The notes under the pieces: generated by a model
Database searches by the model: none
What the model saw: the letters and a program-made list of their open reading frames with translations, nothing else
What the model was told of the DNA's origin: nothing
Part shown: in pieces, positions 13,140-24,556 of the stretch
Layout of the letters: each line of letters opens with the position of its first letter
Position numbering within the stretch: position 1 is the stretch's first letter
Program-made: the position numbers and the translations under genes
NCBI GenBank assembly: GCA_030324005.1
Contig: JARDVH010000042.1
Coordinates: forward strand, 108,506,412-108,570,411
From: Negaprion brevirostris
Taxonomy: Eukaryota
DNA length: 64,000 bases
Direction: 5' to 3'

Positions 13140-13993
13140 GGGACTTGATTTTACTATCAAGTTGCGCCCAATTTTGGGTGTGAAAACTTGGTAAAGTCCG
13201 GCATAAGGCAAGTTGCGCGATCCTGCCTCCACGCCAGTTGCCCCTTTACCAAGGCCCGAAAATAGCCATAATTGAGACGGTACCCAAAATGGGGGCGATG
13301 GCCATTTAAATGTATTTGCTTGCATTTAGTTGACTTAATGGGCTGTCTGCCCAACTTTACCGGCACTTCCCCCTTGACCACTGCGTTTGCCCATCCAGAT
13401 TCGGCACGAAACAGACCTGCTCTACAAAAGTCCGATTTGGGCGCTTCTGTTAAGGAGGAGGTCAGTGCCAAGCGTCCGATGGCTCTTACCTTGAGATCAG
13501 TAGTGGGGGGAGACGGGGGGTGGTGGGCAGCAGTGGGTCCAACAGCTCTCTGCTTCAGATCAGTGAGGAGCAAGGGGGGTGTGCCACAGCCACTCTGCCT
13601 GATATTGTTGGGGGGAAGGGGAGAGAAGNNNNNNNNNNNNNAGGGCTCACGATCAGTCTGAGTGGCAGAGGGAGTTAGTAATTTTGAGGGGGTGGGGCAA
13701 TGTCTGTGAGGGCCAGGGAGAGGCAATGTTCTGCCCAGGAGCCATGTGGCAAAGGAGTCACATTCTATCGGATATTTTTTTTCTGCGCACGCGCTGTTGG
13801 AGACACCATTCGGAGCTGCAGGATTTTGGGCATGTTAAGCCCCACCCACCGGTTTCTACAGCACAATTCAGAATTGCTGATTTTTTTTCAGGCAGAGTGC
13901 ATACGGGGGCGCCTGAGAACGGGTCTAAAAGTCAGATCTGAAACACTCCCAATTCCGCCCAGCACTTAGAATCAAAATGGTAAAATAAGGCCC
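13140..13993. mobile_element. Non-autonomous DNA transposon (MITE-like, possibly PIF/Harbinger)
   Basis: Imperfect terminal inverted repeats GGGACTTGATTTTACTAT ... ATGGTAAAATAAGGCCC around a GC/CpG-rich non-coding interior. TSD not clear. Confidence 0.6.
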
Positions 13994-14220
13994 TAGACTA
14001 TATGACAGAGAAAACTGCCTTTGCTGTGGGCGGTCTTCAGTGCTGGTTTTCCCACCTCGCATCGGTTTTTACTGTAATCCATTTCTGGCTGAATTTGCAG
14101 CCTCTCATAACTATTCAGGTCTAACTTATCCTAGTTACCTGAAAGTTGCCTCCATATGTAGATTTAAAGGGTTGCTCTCTTTAATAGGAGCTACAGTTTT
14201 AAGTGCTCTCTTTGCACTTA

Positions 14221-14522
14221 GGGTGGCACAGTGGTGAGCACTGCTGCCTCACAGCGCCAGGGATCCTGGTTCAATTCTGGCCCCAGGTCACATCTGTGTG
14301 GAGTTTGCATGTTCTCCCCATGTCTGCGTCTCCTCCGGTTTCCCCCCACACTCTAAAAATGTGCAGCTAAGGTTGATTGGCCATAGTTAAAGTTGTCCCT
14401 TCATGTTAGGAGGACTAGCAGAGTAAATATGTGGGGTTATAGGGATAGATCCTGGGTGGGATTGTTATCAATGCAGGCCTGAGGGGCCAAGTAGCCTCCT
14501 TCTGCACTGTAGTGACTCTGTG
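14221..14522 (+). mobile_element. HE1/V-SINE-like SINE, near full length
   Basis: tRNA-like head GGTGGCACAGTGG...GGTTCAATTC, V-domain TCTGTGTGGAGTTTGCATGTTCTCCCC, CR1-like tail CCTCCTTCTGCACTGTAG. Confidence 0.85.
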
Positions 14523-16708
14523 GTTGGAACTTTATCAGCATGCCCGCCCGACGGAGAATGTCATTCTGTGAGCCATGCCCGCCCCAATTCTGGGGCAAGC
14601 ATGCCAGTAGAATCAGGGCCTATGTTTCTACACACTCAGCCTTAAAATAAATCCATTTATTTGCCTGGATGAAGTGAAAAAGGGTGTAGGTGCAAGAGGC
14701 CATGGCACTTGTCCTGAAGTAACTAATTTATATCAGTTGTATCCTTGGATTAGAGTTCATCTTGGTGGTGTTCAAAGCCAAATCGTACTGTGGATATCTC
14801 CTCTACAAAGTCCTTGATTTCCTTGCAGTGTTATTAAACAGATGAAATCTTATTTCCTGAATTCGCAATGCAGACCAGAAGATTGGGCAAGGTTTAAGGT
14901 ATATAAAAGAGCATATTGCCTGCATGTAAAGCAGCGGCATACTCTTGACATCCCACCGGTGTCAGATGGATGTTTTGGTTGATGTTTACTGATAGTTGAA
15001 GGCTTAATCATCAGGTGAAAATACAATAGTAATAAAGGACAGTCTTGCTGCGTCTTTCCAGAGAAAGAAGCTGTGCCACTAGAGATTACAAAGAAGCCGC
15101 AGATTGACTATAAACAAAGCAATGGTTTGATAGTTGTATTGGCAAGTTTCACCTTTATTAAAATTGCCTCTGTATAATTCAACTTGGTTCAAAGCCTTTT
15201 CCTCATTAAGAGTACATACCAGTAGAACCCTCAGCCACAGATGCACTGTGAATACAATGACCATGAATATTGTTGACAGAATGCTTTCAGTAGATAAGCC
15301 CACTCTGATCTGGGTGATTTAATTTAGCAGTCAAATTGTTCAGGCATGGAGCCAGAATGTTGGCTAAGATTTTGTGATCACAGTTTGCGACAGATAACCA
15401 ACCGCCTATGGGACAATTTTTGTGTGGGATCTTATCCTTCTTAAGTAATAAGAGGATAGTGGCAGTGTGACGGATATCAGAGGTAATGTCAATGAGAGTC
15501 TAATGCTACACTGTTAAAGTTAGGAATGCAAATTTAGTAAATCCTTTTGTTAGATTCATCAGGAACCTATCTGAGCTGATGTCCACTCCTCTCTCTTTGG
15601 GTTTGTCACCTGTTGCATTTCCTGCAACAGGAGATCTGACATGAAAAGTTCTCATTTACAAAATTAGATTTGCAAATTAAATATCAATGTATTGCCCCTC
15701 AGTGGCTGCAGTGCCAAACAGAACACTCCAGATATAAACAAAAAATGCAGGGGAAACAGTCAACAGGTCAGGCAGCATCTGCAGAGGAAAAGAGTTAACA
15801 TTTTCATGGAGTTGGGAAGATGCTATTAAAAATGGCAGAGGTACCTGGTTGCGGAAGTCCCGCCCCATATTCTGATATTTACATATTTTGCCAGTGGCGC
15901 AAGATGGAAAAATGTGATTCACGTAGAGGAAAATCAAAACTCAGCTGGCCCATTTGCACTTAGTGCTGAGTTCAAACAGACCCCAATTTGGCTGTTGGAA
16001 AGACCTTGTTCTGTGGGAGTAGTCAGAAAAGGTTTTGAAGGGTCTATAAAATCTGAACAGCTGTCATTAATGGTAGTTTTAAATGCCTCACTTTTAAAAA
16101 GTCCCTTTTCTGGAAAGTAACGTCTAGTCTTGCAGTTTCAAAAGCTACAGTTATCACAGCAGGGGGTTCTAATTTTGATAAATTAAAGAATCTGTTAAAA
16201 GATTAGCTGTCTTTGATGTGGGAGTCTTTTTTATTATCTAGTGCACAGAAGTGAGAGTTATTTTAGATTGTTGAAATTTTTTTGCCAAATCTCCACACAT
16301 CTCCCCACCTCACTGAATTTCTAGACTCATCAAATTCCCTTGCACTTTGAGGAAACATGCAGTATACTAACTCTTTACTTATCCTGATTGAAGTAAGTTT
16401 CCCCCTTTTGTTTTAATCAGTTCCTGAGTTTAGAGAAGAAAAGGAGAAAAAAAACAAAGTATTTACTATGTCATTCCGCTTTGTTTTCTCCCCTTAATTC
16501 ATGACTCTTGGTTTGAAAGCAGTCCCACCCTTTCCATTGTTGCTCTTGAATCAGAGTGTAAAGTATTGATATTTCTCTTACATGCTGAAGTGTAGAGGGT
16601 TCACAATCATTTCCATCTTTCATCATGTCTAAACCACAACAATGTAATAGTGCAGGCTGGTTGTAATTTCACACAAGTACTACAGATGTTTGATGACATA
16701 CTCCTTAT

Positions 16709-17035
16709 GGGCAGTATGGTGGCACAGTGGTTAGCACGGCTGCCTCACAGTGGGTTCAGTTCCTGGCTTGGGTCAGTGTCTGTGTGGAGTTTGCGCATTC
16801 TCCCCATGTCAGCATGGGTTTCCTCTGGGTGCTCTGGTTTCCTCCCACAGTCATAGAACAGAATCATAGAATTCACAGTCCGAAAGACGTGTTGGTTAGG
16901 TGCATTGGCCGTGCTAAATTCTCTCTCAGTGTACCTGGACAGGTGCCGGAGTGTGGTCACTAGGGGAATTTCACAGTAACTGCATTGCAGTATTAATGTA
17001 AGTCTATTTGCGACTAATAAATAAATTTTAACTTT
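16709..17035 (+). mobile_element. V-SINE with alternative 3' tail (tail type B)
   Basis: Same head and V-domain as HE1, but tail CTCAGTGTACC...TCACAGTAAC-TCATTGCAGT-TTAATGTAAG...AATAAATAAA(TTTTAACTTT). Confidence 0.8.
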
Positions 17036-17314
17036 TTCCTCTCTTCCCCACTTGGGAAGAAGTTCCAGACCTCTCCTTGCATTTCTCCCATGGCAGTTAA
17101 CAATAGTATAAAGAGTTCCACATCAAGCAACGCGCATATAGGAATGTTCATAAGATTCCAAGGGGATTCAGAACCTGATCCAGCATCTCATGACAATAAT
17201 ATGTACAACTTCCAAATTCCTGCACTGGCATAGGGGTCTAGAATTTCAGTTTGGTGCCAAAAGGGTACGCAGTGCCCTATGTGGTAGTCAGGAGCACCAC
17301 TTTCAGGTTCCAGT

Positions 17315-17398
17315 CTGATTAACAGACTGGAGGGACTGATTGTGGACAAGTCCCCAGGACCGGATGGAATGCATCCGAGGGTTCTGAAAGAAATGGCA
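17315..17398 (+). mobile_element. CR1 LINE RT fragment before a gap
   Basis: Encodes LEGLIVDKSPGPDGMHPRVLKEMA, the CR1 KSPGPDG-HPRVLKE motif. Confidence 0.8.
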
Positions 17399-17829
17399 NN
17401 NNNNNNNNNNNNNNNNNNNNNNNNNNNNNNNNNNNNNNNNNNNNNNNNNNNNNNNNNNNNNNNNNNNNNNNNNNNNNNNNNNNNNNNNNNNNNNNNNNTC
17501 ACAGTAATTTCATTGCAGTGTTAATGTAAGCTTACTTGTGACACGAATAAATAAACTTTGATTTCCTGGGAAAGATAGATGATTGGTCTCAATCCCCAAC
17601 CTTTACACTCTTCCAAGAAGAATCAGTGCAATCTGCAATTTTTCTTTTGTCCATCACATGATCAAAAGAAGTTAATAACTCCTCAGACGTGGCAAAAGTA
17701 CCAATCTGTGAGCTGTGAGAAAGTTTGTTTATTTGAGTTGTGTTTATCTGTGGAAAATAGAAATCTAAGGTGTCATCTGGCTGAGTGATAACCATTTATT
17801 CACAAAGTGGAGACAGAAATCAGAAAACT

Positions 17830-19010
17830 TTAACACTTGTCATAGGGAAAATCTTAGATGCTGTTATAAAATAAGCTATACCATGGTAATTAGAAATTTC
17901 AAGGTAATCAGGCTGTTAACATGTTTTTGTTAAAGGGAGAACATGTTTAACCAACATATTGGAGTTCTTTGAAGAAGTGCTGATACGCTGTGGATAGAGG
18001 AGAACCAGTGGATGTGCTGTACTTAGAATTCCAGAAGATATTTGACAAGTTGCTGCGTTCAAGATTATTGCAGAAAATAGAAGCTCATGGTGTAGGGAGT
18101 AACATGTTGGTATGGATAGAAGATGGCAAGCTAACAGGAAACAGAGAGTCGGCATAAGTGGATCACTTTTTGGTTGGCAAGATGTAACAAGTGGTGTGCC
18201 ACAGGGATCAGAGTTGGGACCTCAACTTGTTTATGTAAATGATTTGGATGAGAGGACCAAAGATGTGGTTGCTAAATTTGCTGATGGCACAAGGAAAAGT
18301 AGGAAAGCAGGTTGCGAAGAAGAGATAACAAAACTGCAAGGGGATGTAGATAGGTTAAGTGAATGGGAAAAAAATCTGGGAAAGGGAGTGAAATGTGGTG
18401 AAATGTGAAATTTTGGCAGGGAGAATAAAGAAGAAGCACATTATCTAATTGGTGAAAGGTCGCAGAGCTCTGAGATCCAAAGGGATCTAGTGATCTAGTG
18501 CATGAATTGAAAAAGCCGAGTGTGCAAGTACAGCAAGTAATTAGGAAAGCTATTATTGCAAAGGGAATTGAATATACAAGTAGGGAGGTTACAGTTTTAC
18601 AAGGCATTAATGAGACCACATCTGAAGTACTGTACAGTTTTGGTCCCCTATTTAAGTAAGGATATAAATGCTTTCGAAGCAGTTCAGAAAAAGATGATGC
18701 GATTAATGCCAGAAATGTGTAAGGAAAGGATGGACAGGCGAAGCCTGCATCTGCTAGAGTTTAGAAGGTTAAGAGATGACACGATTGAAGCATACAGCCC
18801 TGAGGGAACTTGACAGGGTGGATGTGGAGAGGATGTTTCCTATTGTGGGAGAATCTAAAACTTGTGATCACTGTTTAAAAACAAGAGATCATTATGAAAG
18901 ACAGTAATGAGGAGAATAATTTTTTTCTCAAGTGGGCTGCTGACAACACAAAACCTGGTGGGAATGTGAGTGGGGTGGAGGATGCTAAGAGTTGTCAAGG
19001 TGATTTAGAT
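17830..19010 (+). mobile_element. Decayed CR1 LINE ORF2 (RT) fragment
   Basis: RKQRVGISGSLFGWQDVTSGVPQGSELGPQL, AKFADGT and FYKALMRPHLKYC motifs, with stops and frameshifts. Confidence 0.9.
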
Positions 19011-21604
19011 TAACCTCACTCCTCTCCTCATCTCAATCATGTTCACATGGACAGTTTGAAAGTTCCTTTTTTGTGCTTTTGAATAAGTGCAACAGGGATA
19101 ATTTTCCAAGTGTACCAGAAGTGTTATCTGCCACTAGTATAAGTCAAAAAATTTCAGCGGTCTTGCCCATGATTGTACAGTATGCATTGGAGCCTAATAA
19201 ATTTCCTGGCTATATACTTGGAAAACTGCCCAATGAGTGTTGACCTTTATGCTGACTGTACAGCACAGTTTGCGAGGACACCTTAATCTCTGGAATCTTA
19301 ACTCACCAAGATGGCAGGATCTTCTGGTCCTCCTATTGACACTGGGGTCTCCTGTTGAATGCACCAGCACTGCCTTAACCTTACAGCAGGGCTACGCCGT
19401 TGGCAGGACTTGAACTTCCCATCAGCAAGAACAGCCAGAAAGTTTCACATTGCCATGTTTGTATTACCATATTTATTATTCCACGTTTTAACATTGCCTA
19501 AGATAACCATGTATTTGCATTTTTACTGTTGATGGTAAAAATTTTGAAAAACAATAAAATATGAGACAAGATGTGAAGGCATCTACCAAACAAACTGAAT
19601 GATGAGAGAAGATAAATTACACGAAAGAAACTAGCAAGCTGGTGTTAGTAATAGCTGTCTGTTTCTGCCCAAGAGCAGGGAAAAGGATGAGAGCAACTGG
19701 ATAAATGTTTGCTGGAGGGGATGATTCTAAAGTATTCATTTTTAGAACCAACCAGATGGATCACAGAGCCTTTTTGAGTCCTGCGCTTTCATATTTTTCA
19801 ACCTTAGCAACTTCAACACAAAGATGTAACTGTAAAGAAACGAATACAGTACCTGTCTGAATCCAGCTACAGAGTTGAAACCCAGTGAAATAATTCCGAA
19901 ATTCATGGGGCGATATATCCCAAATGATGTTGCTTATTCAGGGAATGGGGGAAGAAGTGGAAACAGCAGACATTTTGTATATGATTTCATTGACGCCTTA
20001 TCTCTGCCTCTCGTGACCTGAACACTTTTGTAGATTGTCATCAGGTGCTTTGACTTTTTTGCTGCTTTTCAGTGAAACTGTTGAACTGAAATAGTCATTT
20101 GATGCCTTCTTGAATAATTGGTCCCTATATGTTTGTTTCGTTACAGTCTGAGAATATATTTGCGCACAGTTTGTAAATGCCCCTTTGGTCTGTAAATGCC
20201 CATTCTGAATTTCAAGCTCTACATTTGTTGGAACTTAGAACTAGAGTTTGTGCTTGTCACTTTCATAGGCTGCTGACAATGTTAGAAATTTGGGTCTGCT
20301 GTTGCTTTAGCTTACTCTTACCCAATGTGCATTAATATTTATGTAAATATGTAAAAAGTCTTATATAAACATACACACTTCCCATCAACATTTTCCATTC
20401 TAATTTCTAAGTCATCAAAATTACCGTTGTAAACTTGTCACACTCTAATTACGCTTTCATATCACTGGGAATGCTGAAGTGCCTCAGCTTAGTATTTCCC
20501 AACTCTTCAAATGTCTCTTTTCCCAAATTGGCACGTTTTGCTGTTCAAATATAAAAGTTTAAACTCATATCTGAATACAAGAACTTCATAAATGTCCCTG
20601 AAATGCTCACTGAACTTCTTCTGCAAGCCTTCATCAAATTAACCCTCCATTCTCTAACTGTACTTCATTTGAAGAATAAATCCAATCTTCAATCTTTGTG
20701 TGCAGCATGCAAGATTACACGAGTGGTGTAATATACAGTATGGCAAGATAGTTTTATATCCAGCAGTTTTATATGCAGCGGATTATGTCGTTGCAAGCTT
20801 TAGTCATGGATTCATTAAATTCTTTCCTGAGGCCCAGTAAGACAAATTCACAATAAAAATAATTGAAACATTTTATATTCTTGGCAACAGAAGAATTAAT
20901 TAGTGAATGGTGGGTGTCATCTTTTCTAAAACTGGTAGCACTAGTAGTTTGTAATTTATAAAAGAATTAGATAGTGGGTGGCACAGTGAGGGATAACGTC
21001 TTTTTGCCTCTGGGGTCGGTGTTTTAAACAAGGGCAGATGAGATGAAAGTTTCCTCCATCTGCCAGCTATAAGCCATTGTCAGTGAACTAGGACTCAAAC
21101 TAATCCTAAATGATACGAATTTATATTACAGAAACAGCTCATACTTTGGCACTAAATTGGTATTCTCTGACAGAGGCCACAAGGGTGATTGTTATATGAA
21201 ATGGGCATGTCACCATAGGTTGCTGTTAAGCAGCTTGTTAAAAAAAAAGGTAGAAATAGCTTCACCCTGACCTGGCAGTTCTTTATGTTGACAGGGATTG
21301 TAAAATGTACAAATTCATTCTAATCTCAGCTCTGACACTAATCACCGTTAGCATGAAAATCTATTGCTTCCTCTAAAAATAAAACAGCCGTAAAACTATA
21401 ATAATAATTACAATACATATTCTACTAAACAGTAAATCCTCTTTTGCACTTGATAAATCTTCAACATCAAAGGATTACCTTTTTATATTCCCTGAAAATT
21501 GTGCCATGTTGTAATCCACAGGCAAAATATAAACCTGTTTGTATCCCATACGAGATCAGCAGACATCAGTGTTAACAGCAAGAATTTATACTGTACACCT
21601 TTCC

Positions 21605-22160
21605 ACAGTACCATGGAATCCCTACAGTTCAGGAGGAGGCAATTTGGCCCGTCAAGTCTGCAACAACTCTGTGAAAGAGCATCTTACCCAAGGCCATCCC
21701 TCACCCCCATCCTATCACAGCCACAAACATTAATCATCGAATCCTAGAATTCCTACAGTGTAGACGGCGGCCATTCAGCCCATCGAGTCTGCACTAACCA
21801 CAACCCAACTCAGGGCCTATCCCTGCAACCCCATGTATTTACCCTTCCAATCCTTTAATGCTAAGGGGAAATTTAGTATGGCCTGTACAACTAACCTGCA
21901 CATCTTTGGACTGTGGGAGGAAACCGGAGTACCTGGATGAAAAGCACACAGACATGGAGAGAATGTGCAAACTCCACACAGACAGTCACCCGAGGCCAGA
22001 ATTGAACCCAGGTCCCTGGGGCTGTGAGGCAGCAGTGCTAACCAGTATGCCATCATGTCGCCCCGGCATGGCTAATCCACCTAAACTGCATATCTTTGAA
22101 CACTAATGGGCAATTTGGCATGGCCAAACCTGATAATCCTAACCTGCACTTCTTTGGACT
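21605..22160 (-). mobile_element. Nested SINEs: full HE1-like copy (about 21738-22064) inside an older HE1-related copy
   Basis: Host tail 21605-21737 resumes at about 22067 (GGCTAATCCACCTAA). The inner copy has its own complete head and tail. Confidence 0.75.
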
Positions 22161-22647
22161 TCCTGTTTACAAAACCTGATGTTTTATTTTTGTCTCACTT
22201 TTATTTCAACTCATGTACTGCCAAGAATCTCCTAAACTCCAACCACTCTACCTCCCAAATTACTCAAAGTAATTACTCAATATTATGTTAAATTAAGGAC
22301 ACAATGTACGACTTCAAAATTTGGACTAAATAAGCATTTATATTATAATTTTATTTAAAGTTTATTATAAGTCTGCAAACCTTGACCCGGTTATCTCATG
22401 CCACCTAATTTCCTAGCTATACTCCGTCTTATTGTCAGCTGGGGAAATTAGTTTTTCAATTAACCACAGACAGATTAAAAATAAAAATTGCATCGCTAAG
22501 CGCTTGATGATTATTGTACTTTAAGGACCCTGGTTTTTGTGTACAGATAGGAATGATAAGTATTCCAGTAGAGTTGGCATTCTTCCGGCAGAGGTGAACT
22601 GTATTATTCATTAAACTTCTTTTCTCTCCCCGCTTTTTCTTTTCAAG

Positions 22648-22781
22648 TTCCGAGCCAGCCAAATAACTTCAAAGCTGAACCGAAATCAGACACAAGCATT
22701 ATGCTGTCGTGGACACCCCCACGTCAGGACACCATTATCAGATATGAGTTGTACTACAGGGAGAGAGAGTATGGCAAAGAG
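22648..22781 (+). CDS. PTPRD: PTPRD internal exon, first half of FNIII repeat 3: (V)[44 protein letters not shown]
   Basis: Pyrimidine tract ending TTTCAAG| and donor GAG|GTACGG. 134 nt, phase 1 in, phase 0 out. Translation resembles recalled human PTPRD [30 protein letters not shown]. Missed by the ORF track. Confidence 0.93.
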
Positions 22782-22907
22782 GTACGGTGAAATCTCGTGT
22801 CTGAATTAAACTGCCGAAAATGAGGATCCTGTCCCTACACTTAATCCAAGTCGTTTCATCCAGCTATTAATTTTTTCTTGGCACCATTATGGGGCCGGGG
22901 TGGGCGC

Positions 22908-23335
22908 GGGGGAGTGCACTGGCCTGGTGGTATTATTGCTAGACTATTAATCCAGAAACTCAGCTAATTTTCTGGGGACCCGAGTTCAAGTCCTGCCATA
23001 GCAAATGGTGGAATTTGAATTCAATAAAAAAAATCTGGAATTAAGAATCCGCTGATGACCATGATGACATTGTCGATTGTTGGAAAAATCCATTTTATTC
23101 AGTAATGTCCTTGATAGAAGGAAATCTGCCTTCCTTACCTGGTCTGGCCCACGTGTGACTCCAGATGTAGCTCTCTCTCAACTGCCTCTGAAATGGCCTA
23201 GCAAGACACGCATTTGTGCCAGTCAGTACTGCAGCGTTTCAAGAAAGCAGCTCAGCACCAACTTCTCAAGGGCATCTAGGGATTGGCAGTAAATGCTGGC
23301 CAGCCAGCGATGCCCATGTCCCAAGAATGAATAAA
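22908..23335 (+). mobile_element. tRNA-derived SINE family C (L2/CR1-clade LINE tail)
   Basis: A-box TGGCCTGGTGG, B-box GAGTTCAAGTCC, core GAAGGAAATCTGCC-TCCTTACCTGGTCTGGCC, tail ...AAATGCTGGCCAGCCAGCGATGCCCATGTCCC...GAATAAA. Confidence 0.8.
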
Positions 23336-24191
23336 CTAAAAATAATTTTTATATTCCACCGACCAACAGCAGATTCAGGGAGACTACAAATCTCTGGATG
23401 TATAAATCTATTAGTTTAAGCTTAATTCTGTTAGTTTCTGATGTAAGTGTATGAATATTATATGCTTTTTTTCCTGATCTTAATTGTGGGAGGGTGTTTT
23501 CTACTGTCGATATCAGTGCCCTCCTCTTGAGCATAATTTGTCGCCAGCTCATTGTCACAATGTCAAGTGTGGATTTGAACAAATCAAATGAGCACGCTCA
23601 TGATGGGAGTCTGAAAACTGCCTCTAAGTCACTTTAAAGAGGTGACAACAAAAAACCCTTGAAACTTTGGAAAATCTCAGAAGGCATCTTAGCCCATTTT
23701 CAGGCTTTAGGGGAATAAGAAGAGACCAACATAAGTGAAGGAAAAGAAAATCCAAGGTGTAAGCATGAGCCTGCAGGCAAGAGACAGAGCAGCTCAGCAT
23801 ACAGCCATTATTCTGACGTTAGGGAGGTGATGGTGCATGAGATTGTTACAAAGTCAGCGGTCCTGATGGAATTCTATGGGAACCATGCCCATGGGTCAGT
23901 ATTACAGCATGCCTGCATGGACGTGAAGCCAAGTTTCTACTACAGCTGACTATTACATGTGCGAGCCTTATGCTTTCTGCTATCTGTAGATGTCCTTCCA
24001 CCAGAATGCACAGCATTACATCTGCCACTTTTTCAAGTCAAACCCTAACAAGATAGCTACCTGCTTATGTTGCAAGGTATTGGGGATTGGCAGGCACAAA
24101 GAGTAAAACAAGGTCAGCCCTTGATTACCTGGCACGCTTAAGATCAACACCACACAGGACAAAGACACTCCATCCACACCTAAATATTCAT

Positions 24192-24556
24192 GGGGGAAGT
24201 GATGGCCTGGTGGTATTATTGCGAGACTATTAATCCAGAAACTCGGCTAATGTTCTGGGGAGCTAGGTTCGAATTCCGCCCTGGCAGACAATGGAATTTA
24301 AATTCAGTAAAACTGAACTGGAATTAAAAATCTACAGATGACCATGAAGCCATTGTCGGTGGCCGGAAAAAGCCATTTAATTCATTTATGCTATTTAAGG
24401 AAGAAAATCTGCTGTCCTTACCTGGTCTGGCCTGCGTGTGACTCCAGAGCCATATCAATGTGGTTAATTCTCAACTGCCTTTCAAAGGCAACTAGGGATG
24501 GGCAATAAATGCTGGCCAGCCAGCAATGCCCATGTCCCATGAACGAATAAAAAAAA
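24192..24556 (+). mobile_element. SINE family C copy
   Basis: Collinear with 22908-23335. Confidence 0.8.

Noticed and set aside
14221-14285. tRNA-like sequences with A and B boxes (also 22918, 24200, 34709, 38319, 60073)
   Set aside because: Each continues into a SINE body and tail. These are SINE heads, not tRNA genes.
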